From Kiritimatiellia bacterium (lineage in GTDB: Bacteria; Verrucomicrobiota; Kiritimatiellia; RFP12; UBA1067), in the NCBI GenBank assembly GCA_045628545.1, contig JAZQPI010000064.1:1-61866 (forward strand): DNA of 61,866 nucleotides, given 5' to 3'. The position numbers and the translations under genes were made by a program. Below the pieces are notes generated by a model that saw only the letters and a program-made list of their open reading frames with translations, was not told the DNA's origin and did no database searches. Of this stretch, positions 1 through 8,400 are shown one piece after another. Positions within the stretch are counted from its first letter, which is position 1, and each line of letters opens with the position of its first letter.

Positions 1-3
1 GTG

Positions 4-58
4 ACCAAAGGAGTTGCCCACCAATTTTGCCTCCCTAAGCCCGCTTGGCCTCCGACTT
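4..58. repeat. Direct repeat A, copy 1 (about 55 bp, imperfect; perfect 18-bp core ccgcttggcctccgactt at 41-58)
   Basis: Aligned by eye with 181-234. The core is identical and the flanks are roughly 80 percent identical. Confidence 0.7.
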
Positions 59-67
59 AACGGCCCA

Positions 68-120
68 AAGCGAAGCGCAAAAGGCGACTCGGTCGACCGC
101 TGAGAAAGTGACGCACAATG
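68..120. repeat. Inverted repeat B, left arm (53 bp, perfect complement of 261-313)
   Basis: Base-by-base pairing 68-120 with 313-261 shows no mismatch. It extends to 58-120 / 261-323 with 2 mismatches. Each arm contains the palindrome cggtcgaccg. Confidence 0.9.
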
Positions 121-130
121 ACTTTTCTAG

Positions 131-149
131 CGTCGGCGAGACGCCGACG
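131..149. repeat. GC hairpin C, copy 1 (cgtcggcg-aga-cgccgacg); 19-nt direct repeat of 331-349
   Basis: 8-bp stem with a 3-nt loop. The string gtcggcgagacgccgacgg is identical at 132-150 and 331-349. Confidence 0.8.
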
Positions 150-180
150 GAAGTCGGATCGTAGCCATGTCGGTCTGTGG

Positions 181-234
181 GCCAAGGAGGGGGCCACCAA
201 ATTTGTCTTCCTAAGACCGCTTGGCCTCCGACTT
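181..234. repeat. Direct repeat A, copy 2
   Basis: See copy 1. The perfect core lies at 217-234. Confidence 0.7.
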
Positions 235-260
235 CGCTCGGCTGTTACGCTTGGAACGGC

Positions 261-313
261 CATTGTGCGTCACTTTCTCAGCGGTCGACCGAGTCGCCTT
301 TTGCGCTTCGCTT
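261..313. repeat. Inverted repeat B, right arm
   Basis: Exact reverse complement of 68-120. The spacer 121-260 is 140 bp. Confidence 0.9.
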
Positions 314-330
314 AGAGCCGTTACCCGCCA

Positions 331-349
331 GTCGGCGAGACGCCGACGG
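331..349. repeat. GC hairpin C, copy 2
   Basis: Same 19-mer as 132-150. Confidence 0.8.
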
Positions 350-478
350 TACGGTTTCTTGCCCACCATTTAACCTTCAACTTCACCCCACGCGCAAAGG
401 GGAGGTTTGAGAGGCGGAGTTGAAAAGTTGAAAGAACCACTCTCCAACTCCAACTCGTCACTCCAACCGAACCAAATC

Positions 479-503
479 GAACAATCTGAACAATCGAACA
501 ATC
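479..503 (+). repeat. Three tandem copies of gaacaatc inside a G-poor C/A-rich tract (about 440-505)
   Basis: Copies at 479-486, 488-495 and 496-503, preceded by three ctccaa units. Confidence 0.7.
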
Positions 504-554
504 TTTCGTGCTCTCGCGCGCCAGTCGACTCCGCGAGAGTAAAATCGATCTGGC

Positions 555-587
555 GTCCGTCAATATTGAGTGAGACGGACTTTTATT
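555..587 (+). terminator. Candidate intrinsic terminator (gtccgtc / gacggac stem, 12-nt loop, ttttatt tail), preceded by an 8-bp GC hairpin at 511-539
   Basis: Stem 555-561 pairs with 574-580 and the T-tract is 581-587. The upstream hairpin is ctctcgcg(511-518) / cgcgagag(532-539). Confidence 0.4.
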
Positions 588-671
588 GATGTTCAAAGTG
601 GCAAACTCGGGAAGACGAAAATTCTGCGAGGCAAAGAGAAAGTGTGAAGCAAGGCGTCGGCCTTCAAAATA

Positions 672-680
672 TGCTATAAT
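672..680 (+). promoter_or_regulatory. Extended -10 box tgctataat (TGnTATAAT)
   Basis: Exact TGnTATAAT match 31 nt upstream of the ATG at 712. No good -35 seen. Confidence 0.45.
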
Positions 681-711
681 ATCGTCCGAAAAAACGAACG
701 CCGGCTCCGAG

Positions 712-1038
712 ATGAACTTTCTGAAAAAGATTTTCACGCCAAATGCGCACGTCCGCAGGATCATGTCCTGCGTCGGCGCGGCATTCGTGCTGCTGACGAT
801 CTTTATCTCCAGCGCTGTTCTCGTCGCCGAAGCCGACCACGACTGTTCCGGCCACGGCTGCCAGGCGTGCCTTGAGATGCAGGCCTGCGTCGCGAACCTG
901 CAACTGGTCGGCTCGTCAGCGGCTCCAGCCACGAGCCCGCTTCCAGAATCCAACATTTTGACAGTCGACACGGTTCCGCGCGCCCACCGCGCACCTGCGA
1001 CAACGCTCCAATCGCTTGACGTGAGATTTGACGAATAG
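712..1038 (+). CDS. Small membrane-anchored Cys/His-rich protein (HDCxGxGCxxC motif), function unknown
   Basis: ATG at 712 inside ORF 586-1038. One TM helix (IMSCVGAAFVLLTIFISSAVLVA) is followed by ADHDCSGHGCQACLEMQAC, and the C-terminus is LQSLDVRFDE. Confidence 0.6.
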   Translation: MNFLKKIFTPNAHVRRIMSCVGAAFVLLTIFISSAVLVAEADHDCSGHGCQACLEMQACVANLQLVGSSAAPATSPLPESNILTVDTVPRAHRAPATTLQSLDVRFDE

Positions 1039-1104
1039 GAATTAGCGGCGGCCGAAAGTCGTAGTCGCGGCGAACGCCAACGACTTTGAACAACCTCTAA
1101 TTCC
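1038..1104 (+). promoter_or_regulatory. Nested stem-loops in the intergenic spacer between the small peptide gene and the OMP gene
   Basis: Outer helix ggaattag(1038-1045) / ctaattcc(1097-1104). Inner helix aaagtcgt(1055-1062) / acgacttt(1080-1087). Confidence 0.4.
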
Positions 1105-1130
1105 ACCATCGAACTTCCACGTCAACAAAA

Positions 1131-1955
1131 ATGAAATCACGTTTTTTCGCTGCGGCGTTTGCCGCGGCAGCTCTTACCGCATCGGCGAATGACATCGCCA
1201 TCACGACTCGTCCAGCCCACAACGGAGCGAACCCGGAGGTCGGGACACGCGCCGACGACCTTCTCGAAGCGGAGCCGCGCGTCGAACTGCCGACCGTCGA
1301 AGCCAGCGTCAGCTACCGCACCGCCAAGATCGAATACGGTCTGGTCGAGAACGACGAGAGCGTCTTCGGCTACGAAGTCGAAATCGGCTGGTACGGATTC
1401 TTCGGCGGCTTCGAGGCCTGCCACGACATGACCGGCGTCAACAGCCGGCGCGGCCGCTACAACGAGATTGAGAGCTTCCTCGGCTACGGCTTCAAGTGGG
1501 GCGACTTTTCCGCCAAGGCCGCCTACGTCTACAAGTCGATCTTCGTCGAAGACGAGCCGGACACGCAGGAGGTCGAAGTCGAGCTCGAGTACGAGACGCC
1601 GTGGGTGACGCCGTTTCTCGCGCTCGAATGCGACACCTGCGAAAAGCCCGGCGCGCTTTACGGCGTGGCCGGTCTTGCGCGGAACTGGGAAATCTGCGAC
1701 CGCCTGACGCTCGTCACCCGCGGCGGCGTCGGCTTCGGCAACCCCTACCACAACGACTGGTGCTTCGAGCGCGACCGCTGGGCGTTCCGGGAAATGCACC
1801 TCGGCGCGGAACTCGAGATCGAAATCTGCCCGCACGTCAAGCTCGTGCCCGGCATCGACTTCTACGATTACTTCACCGAGGCCCAGCGCAAGACCTACGA
1901 CAAGTTCAAAGGCTTCATCGCCGTCGCAGGCTGCCGCCTCTGCGTCGAGTTCTAA
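1131..1955 (+). CDS. Putative outer-membrane beta-barrel protein (signal peptide, alternating beta pattern, C-terminal Phe)
   Basis: The N-terminus MKSRFFAAAFAAAALTASA is a signal peptide. Repeated aromatic/Gly beta-strand motifs are present and the protein ends ...CVEF. The family is not identified with certainty. Confidence 0.7.
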   Translation: MKSRFFAAAFAAAALTASANDIAITTRPAHNGANPEVGTRADDLLEAEPRVELPTVEASVSYRTAKIEYGLVENDESVFGYEVEIGWYGFFGGFEACHDMTGVNSRRGRYNEIESFLGYGFKWGDFSAKAAYVYKSIFVEDEPDTQEVEVELEYETPWVTPFLALECDTCEKPGALYGVAGLARNWEICDRLTLVTRGGVGFGNPYHNDWCFERDRWAFREMHLGAELEIEICPHVKLVPGIDFYDYFTEAQRKTYDKFKGFIAVAGCRLCVEF

Positions 1956-2083
1956 GCGTCACGCAAACATATCCTCATTCGAGCAGACCCACGGAGAGAA
2001 TGTCAAGGCAGAATTCAAGGCCGCTGCTTGAAAAATCTTACCCGGGGTTGAGACAAGTGCGAAGGGGCGACAGCTTACTCGTC

Positions 2084-3970
2084 TCAACTCTGGTCTTCGT
2101 CGGCGGGCTGTTCGCTGAAGGAGAAGAACGAAACCTTGACGCCGGTCGGACGCAAGGTGTCGAGCACGACCTTGCGCCACGCCGGAGTGATCTCGCACGC
2201 CACCACCACCGCGTCGGCATTGACCCGGTTGATGACTGACGGAGCCTCGCCCAGCGTCCCCAGCACCCGAATTCCGCCGATGTAGCAGCCGCGCAAAAGC
2301 AGGTCGTCATCAAGAAGCCCGACGATGATGCGCGTGTTGTTCGTGGTCTGTCGCACGAGTTCGCGACGGAAGGACCGGTAGCGCAGCCCCGAGCCGTAGA
2401 CCAGAATGCGCGAGACGTCCTTGCGGCCCTTCAGCACCGCGCAGTCGATTGCGTAGAAAGTGTCGCGTACAATCGCGCGGACAACCCGCGAGCCGACGAG
2501 GAAAAGATACGAGAGCAGCGCGAAAAGCGGCAGGGTCACGCGGATGTGAGGCACGGAAACCGTCGGCGCGTAGTAGACTCCCAACGTCCCGACAATCGAC
2601 CCGAGGACGCACGCCATGAGCAGATGGAGGTAGTTCGAAAGCATCGCCCGCGACCAGATCGTGCGGTAGACGCGGAAGCAGACGAGGCAGACGAAGGTCG
2701 AAAGCACCGACACCGGCAGCGCCAGCATCAGGGCGGGCCGGCTGATCTCCTTCTGCGTCACCCACAGCACCAGCAGATACGCGAACGCCAGCGACAGCAC
2801 GTCGCATGCCACGTAGAACGGCACGTACACGCGGGCAATGCGGCGGCGCGCCGAAGTCCGGCGGTCGTGCGCGAGGCGGTTCAGGAGCCGCCCCGCGTCG
2901 AAAATCTCGATGCGCGACGCATCCCTGAAGATCACCACGGTGGCCACGGTGACGGCGATCAGCCAGAGCCCCGCCCGACGCGACTCGAAATTCATGCCGA
3001 CAAGTCCGACGGCGACCGCGAACAGCGCCATCGCGTAGAGCACCCACGCGGCTTTGCGCTGCGACAGGCCGACGGACCGGAGGATGCGGTGGTGAAGATG
3101 GTCGCTGTCGGCGTTCATGACCTTGCCGTCCGGAGCGGGGTCGCCGGCGTTCAGCAGCCTGCGGACGCTCCGGCGCAGAATCGCCAGGAACGTGTCGAAG
3201 ATCGGCACGCCCATCGCCAGCAGCGGCACGCCGACCGAGACGAGGAAGGAGTTCTCCGCATGCGACGCCAGCGGCAGGACGGACAGCGTGTAGCCGATGT
3301 ACATCGAGCCGGAGTCGCCGAGGAAGACCGACGCGGGATTGTAGTTGTAGCGGAGAAAGCCCATCAGGCCGCCGGCCAGGGCGAAGTAGAAGAACGTCAG
3401 GTTCGGATGCCCGGCGAAAATGAGCGCGCCCGCCATGCCCAGCGAGGCGATCAGCGCCAGGCCCGACGCAAGGCCGTCCAGTCCGTCGATGAGGTTGAAG
3501 GCGTTGACCGCGCCGATGATCCAGAACACCGTCAGCACGCCGTCCACCCACATCGGCAGGTTCGGCCAGAGGTCGCTGAAGCCAAGTCCCGCCCACCACC
3601 AGGTCAGCGCGGCGACGACGATCTGCCCGAGCAGCTTCACCCGCGGCTGAAGCGACCAGCGGTCGTCAGCCAGGCCGATGGCCGTGATGGCGGCGGCGAG
3701 GACGGCGATCCGCCAGTAGTGCGTCTGGTTGACGGACATCAGGGAGTGTTCGGGGCAGAGCAGCGCGTAGCCGACGAAGAACAGTTCGACGCCCAGGAAA
3801 AGCGCCACCCCGCCGCCGCGCGGAATCGGCACCTTGTTGATGCGCCGCGGATCGGGCTTGTCCACCATCCCCAGCTTGCGATTGATCTCGCGCACGATCG
3901 GCGTCAAGATCAGCGTCAGGACGAGCGGCCCGGCGAAGACGATCAGATACTCGATGAAGTGCTCCGTCAT
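2084..3970 (-). CDS. Polyprenyl-phosphate N-acetylhexosamine-1-phosphate transferase (MraY/WecA family, GT4) with an extra C-terminal TM plus Rossmann-like module
   Basis: Motifs DDRWSL, NAFNLIDGLDGLA and FLGDSGSM. The C-terminal roughly 270 aa carry several TM helices and ILVYGSG...IVGLLDDD...VLG. Start taken at ATG 3970 (ATGA overlap with the epsI stop). The upstream part of the 728-aa ORF was discarded. Confidence 0.85.
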   Translation of the reverse strand: MTEHFIEYLIVFAGPLVLTLILTPIVREINRKLGMVDKPDPRRINKVPIPRGGGVALFLGVELFFVGYALLCPEHSLMSVNQTHYWRIAVLAAAITAIGLADDRWSLQPRVKLLGQIVVAALTWWWAGLGFSDLWPNLPMWVDGVLTVFWIIGAVNAFNLIDGLDGLASGLALIASLGMAGALIFAGHPNLTFFYFALAGGLMGFLRYNYNPASVFLGDSGSMYIGYTLSVLPLASHAENSFLVSVGVPLLAMGVPIFDTFLAILRRSVRRLLNAGDPAPDGKVMNADSDHLHHRILRSVGLSQRKAAWVLYAMALFAVAVGLVGMNFESRRAGLWLIAVTVATVVIFRDASRIEIFDAGRLLNRLAHDRRTSARRRIARVYVPFYVACDVLSLAFAYLLVLWVTQKEISRPALMLALPVSVLSTFVCLVCFRVYRTIWSRAMLSNYLHLLMACVLGSIVGTLGVYYAPTVSVPHIRVTLPLFALLSYLFLVGSRVVRAIVRDTFYAIDCAVLKGRKDVSRILVYGSGLRYRSFRRELVRQTTNNTRIIVGLLDDDLLLRGCYIGGIRVLGTLGEAPSVINRVNADAVVVACEITPAWRKVVLDTLRPTGVKVSFFSFSEQPADEDQS

Positions 3971-4557
3971 TGTTCCACCTCCCCCAGTTGCAGTTTGTCG
4001 AGAAACGCCCGAAGAGCCTCCTCGTCGGGGCGTGAAAAGCGGACCGTCACCATCACCCAGCGGTCCACGCGGTTGAGGACGCTGCGGTCCCAGACGTCGC
4101 GGAAGATGCGCGCCAGATGCGAGGAGGTGCGGAAGCCCTCCTGGTTGAAAAAGGTGTAGGCGAAGAGCGTCTGGATGCCGTGGCTGTCGAGATCCGTGAA
4201 GTGCCAGCCGAATCCGCCCGCGTCGACCGTGCGCGGATTGGACATCAGCATGCCCTGCGAAGGCAGGCACAACTCCGGACGGTGGATGGACGACTTCGAC
4301 TTGCCGCCGATGACCGCCGAGACGACGAACCAGTCCCCTGACGCGTCGTAATAGCGGCGGCGGAGAACGCGCGTGTCCGCCGGCAGAACGGCCAGTTCGG
4401 CCTCCGACTCCGGCAGCTCCTCGCTCGCATAGCCGGGCAGCTCCCCGAGCGCGACCGGCGGCGGAGCGCAGAGCGTCGGCTCCGGGGTCTTGGCCTGGTA
4501 GACCATGGCCGCCGCGACCAGCAGCGCCGCGACGACTGGAATCAGCGTTTCGCGCAT
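3967..4557 (-). CDS. epsI: Exosortase-associated EpsI family protein
   Basis: N-terminal anchor, IHRPELCLPSQGM motif, size about 196 aa, located immediately downstream of the exosortase. Confidence 0.8.
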   Translation of the reverse strand: MRETLIPVVAALLVAAAMVYQAKTPEPTLCAPPPVALGELPGYASEELPESEAELAVLPADTRVLRRRYYDASGDWFVVSAVIGGKSKSSIHRPELCLPSQGMLMSNPRTVDAGGFGWHFTDLDSHGIQTLFAYTFFNQEGFRTSSHLARIFRDVWDRSVLNRVDRWVMVTVRFSRPDEEALRAFLDKLQLGEVEQ

Positions 4558-5399
4558 CGTTCAGCCCCCCTTGAAATGATTTCGCTCGTCATCAGCATCA
4601 GGGCGATGGCGATGATGAAGACGACATAGCCGGAGTAGTCGTGGTAAAAGCCGATGGCGAAGTCGGCCGAGCAGTACGTACCGACCAGGGCTATCGAAAG
4701 GATCCGCGCCACGTTGCCGATGATGGCGATCGGCACCGCCAGCGCGAACAGCAGCAGCCGCCGCGGCCACGTCGGCTGCGCGAAATAGCCGTAGCCGGCC
4801 GCCAGCGCCATCATCGCGAACAGCGACCGGAGACCGCTGCACGGCGCGGCGACGTCGATTGAGAACGATCCGTCCGCGGCGGCCAGCATCGTCCCCTGCC
4901 GGACGACGTCCGCGCCGAGTCCGTTCAGGATGACGTGCGACACGCTCACCGCGAGAAGTCTGAGCGGGACGGTCACCACGCCCAGAAAGGACGCCAGCGG
5001 CATGCAGAACAGCAGGAACGCCGCGGGAAACGCCACCCGGCAGGCTGCCCGCACTCCCCAGAACGTCCAGGTCAGCGCCACCAGCAGACCGGCGAAGCCG
5101 ACGATCTCCAGCCGCAGCTGATGGCCGCGGATGCCCAGAAAGCCCGCCGCGAAAAACGGCAGGGCGAAGAACAGCCCCCAAAGCGAAGGCGCGCCGAGCG
5201 ACGCGACGAGCTGCCGCCGTTCGCGCCAGAGGACGTACAGCGAAAAGAGCGGCACGTACCAGGCGTAGGCGATGTCTTCCTCGGGAGCGGAGAAAGCCGT
5301 CGGCGCGTGGTCGAGGAACATCAGCTGATAGCCCCAGACGAGCGCGAGGAGCGAAACGGCGAAAAGGCCCAAAGTCAGCGGTCGGCGGAATGTCTTCAT
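4542..5399 (-). CDS. Exosortase (polytopic membrane transpeptidase)
   Basis: Catalytic-type motifs APCSGLRS, IGNVARIL and FYHDYSGY. About 8 TM helices. Start at the ATG (MKTFRRPL...) inside ORF 4542-5519. Confidence 0.85.
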   Translation of the reverse strand: MKTFRRPLTLGLFAVSLLALVWGYQLMFLDHAPTAFSAPEEDIAYAWYVPLFSLYVLWRERRQLVASLGAPSLWGLFFALPFFAAGFLGIRGHQLRLEIVGFAGLLVALTWTFWGVRAACRVAFPAAFLLFCMPLASFLGVVTVPLRLLAVSVSHVILNGLGADVVRQGTMLAAADGSFSIDVAAPCSGLRSLFAMMALAAGYGYFAQPTWPRRLLLFALAVPIAIIGNVARILSIALVGTYCSADFAIGFYHDYSGYVVFIIAIALMLMTSEIISRGAERCAKR

Positions 5400-5401
5400 G
5401 G

Positions 5402-8400
5402 TCAGCGCTCCCAGGGTTTGGGTTCGGGCGGTGCGAGATACACCTTGTCGTTGCAGTCGAAGTCCGTGCGGGCCATGGGGACGACCTTGGCCAGCTGGGA
5501 GAGGAACGAGATCGTGCATGCCACGCGCACGTTCGTGTCGACGGTGACGACCTGGCCGGACGGATACACGAAGCGCAGAAAGAGCGGGAAATGTCCGGGA
5601 TGCGCGTCGGCCGCGGCCTTGAGCCGCGTCAGCTCATCGCGCAGTCCGGGCGCGGCGAAATCGAACCGCACGGTCAGGCCTTTCGACAGATGCGGCAGCG
5701 CGGCCTCGAGCGGATACGCCTCGCGGACGGTGAAGTTGTAGTCTCCCACGTCCGGCGAACGCTTCTCCACCTTGTCGTCCTTGCCGTAATTGACGCGGCG
5801 CGAAATCTCGCCGCAGAGGACGACCAGCTGGTCGACCGCGCCGGCGAGCGCCTCCGAATGGGACCACGCCTTCGCGAAGCAGAAGGCGTCCAGCGTCCCC
5901 GAGCCGTCGTCGACCTGCAGGATCGCCCACGGCTGGCCGGGCGTGCCGTCCGGACGCGGCTTGCCCATCTTGACGGTGCAGCCAGTCAGCTGGGCGCAAA
6001 TGCGCACGTCGAGATGCCGCAGCGCCACCGGGTTCTTGAGGTTCGGATTGGACTTCTTCTTCCACTTGTCCTCGGGCTGGGCCTTCACCAGCGCGTCGAG
6101 CGTCGCCGTGTCCACGAGCTGCGAGAGCCGGAACGTGCCGACGTCGGCAATGACCTTGGCGCAGGCCTGGAGCGGATGCCCCGACACGTAGACGCCGAGG
6201 AACTCGCGCTCGTTCTTGAGGTCCTCCGCCGGCGAGAACGACGGCGTGTCCGCGAGCTCCGCGTCGCTCACGACCTCCTTGCCGCCTTCCGCCATCAAGT
6301 CGAAGAAGGTCGCCTGGCTGCTCTGGCGCTCCTTGGCCTTCTGCTGGGAGAGCTTGAGCGCGAATTCGATGTTGTTGTAGAGCTTGGCGCGGTTCGTCTC
6401 GAAGGCGGAGAACGCCCCGGTCCGCGTCAGGTTTTCAAGCACGCGCTTGTTGCACGCCGAAGTTCCCGCCAGCCGCAGGCAGAAGTCGAGGAACCCGACG
6501 TATGGACCGTTCTTCCGGCGCTCCTCCACGATCAGGTCGCCGGCCGCGCCGACGCCCTTGATGCCCGAAAGCCCGTAGCGGATGCCCTTCGCGTCCGGCG
6601 TTGGCACGAAGCGCGAGCCGGACTCGTTCACGTCCGGCAGCCGCAGTTCGAGCCCCATCTCCTGCGCCTCCGCGACGAAGCCGGGGAGCTTGTCGAAGTT
6701 GCCGATTTCGGACGAGATCTGGGCGCACATGAACTCCGCCGGATAATGCGCCTTCATGAAACCGGTCTGATAGGCGACCCAGGCGTAGCATACGGCGTGC
6801 GACTTGTTGAACGCATAGCTGGCGAACGCCCGCCAGTCGTTCCAGATCTTGTCGACCAGAACGCGCGCCTCCTGCTCGTCCGCCCATTTGCCGACGCGGA
6901 ATTCGGGATTCTTGAGGCAGCCGTCCTCGAACTTGGCCTTGAGCTCCTCCATGACGGCGAGCTGCTTCTTGCCCATCGCCTTGCGGAGCTTGTCCGACAT
7001 GCCGCGCGTGAAGCCGCCCAGAAGACGGCTCAAAAGCATCACCTGTTCCTGGTAGACGCACACGCCGTAGGTGTCCTTCAGGTACTTTTCCATCAGCGGA
7101 TGGTCGTACTTGATCTCCTCTTCGCCGCTTTTGCGGCGGACGAATGTCGGAATGTACTCCATCGGGCCGGGCCGGTAGAGCGCGTTCATGGCGACAAGGT
7201 CGGTGAGCCGGGACGGCTTGAGAGCTATCAGCCACTTCTTCATGCCGTCGGATTCGAACTGGAAGAGCCCCGTCGTTTCGCCGCGGCCGAAAAGCTCGTA
7301 GGTCTCGCGGTCGTCGTCGGGGATAAGGTCTGGATTAAGGCAGCCGTCAGCGCCGCGCAACTCCGGCGGCACTCGCGGATTGTTCGGGCCGAGAATCGAG
7401 ACGCACTCCTTTTCGACCGTCAGGGTCTTGAGCCCGAGGAAGTCCATCTTGAGCAGGCCTACCGGCTCGACGAAGTGTCCGTCGTACTGCGTCGTCAGCA
7501 GGCTCTCCCCTTCCGTCGGCATGACCGGCAGGGTCTCGATGAGCGGATCGCGCGAAATGATGACGCCGCAGGCGTGCACGCCCGGCTGACGCATGCCGCC
7601 CTCCAGCCGCCGCGCGCGCTCCATGAGCAGATGGACGGTCGGATCGGCGGAGTTGAACGCCTCGACGAGTCCGGACGAGTAGTCGCCGTTCGGCTGGCCG
7701 TTCTTGTCCTTCTCGCTCGTCGCCTTCTTGAAGGTGATCTTCGGCGTTTCGGGGACGAGCCCGGCGAGCTTGTTGGTCTCGGCGAGCGGATAGCCCATCA
7801 CGCGGCCGACGTCCTTGATGACGGACTTGGCCGCCATCTGTCCGAAGGTGACGATGTGCGCAACATGGTCCTGACCGTACTTGCGCGTCACGAACTCCAG
7901 CACCTTGCCGCGCCCGGCGTCGTCGAAGTCGACGTCGATATCGGGCATGGAGATGCGGTCGGGATTGAGGAAGCGTTCGAACAGGAGGTCGTACTTCAGC
8001 GGATCGACGTTCGTGATGCCGAGCGCGTAGGCGACGGCTGCGCCCGCGGCAGAGCCGCGCCCGGGCCCCACCCACACGCCCATCTTGCGGGCGTTGTCGA
8101 TGTAGTCGTTGACGATCAGGAAGTAGCCGGGGAAACCCATCGTCTTGATGACCCCGAGCTCGAAGTCGACGCGCTCGCGCGTCTCCTTCGGGAGCGGATC
8201 GCCCCACCGGCGTTTCGCGCCCGCGTACACGAGGTGCTGAAGATAGTCCGCCTCGAACTTGATGCGCAGCACCTTCTCGTAGCCGCCCAGGCGCTCGAAG
8301 TTCTTCGGCTTCTCCTCGGTGTTGAATTCGTCGCGCAGCTGCTGCTCGGTGAAGCGCTTCGCGTAGTCCTCCTCGGTGCCGAACGACTCCGGGATCGGGA

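Noticed and set aside
1-350. Possible CRISPR array or integron attC site
   Set aside because: There are only two copies of each unit, the units are in mixed orientation, no regular repeat-spacer periodicity exists, and no cas or intI genes are present. The arms are far longer than attC cores.
316-358. gagccgtta...tacggtttc resembles the base of a group II intron domain V (GAGCCGUAU...GUACGGUUC)
   Set aside because: The enclosed segment is about 26 nt with a 3-nt loop rather than the compact 34-nt DV with a GNRA tetraloop. An extra U disrupts the lower helix. No reverse transcriptase/maturase ORF or other intron domains are present.
321-1109. 262-aa minus-strand ORF spanning the repeat region and the small peptide gene
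   Set aside because: It runs through low-complexity C/A and G/A tracts and lies antisense to the better-supported 712-1038 gene. No motifs are present.
2047-2088. Hairpin gttgagac...gtctcaac between the convergent OMP and transferase genes as a bidirectional terminator
   Set aside because: The 8-bp stem encloses a 26-nt poorly paired loop with no flanking T or A tract, and it overlaps the transferase stop codon. The support is too weak to annotate.
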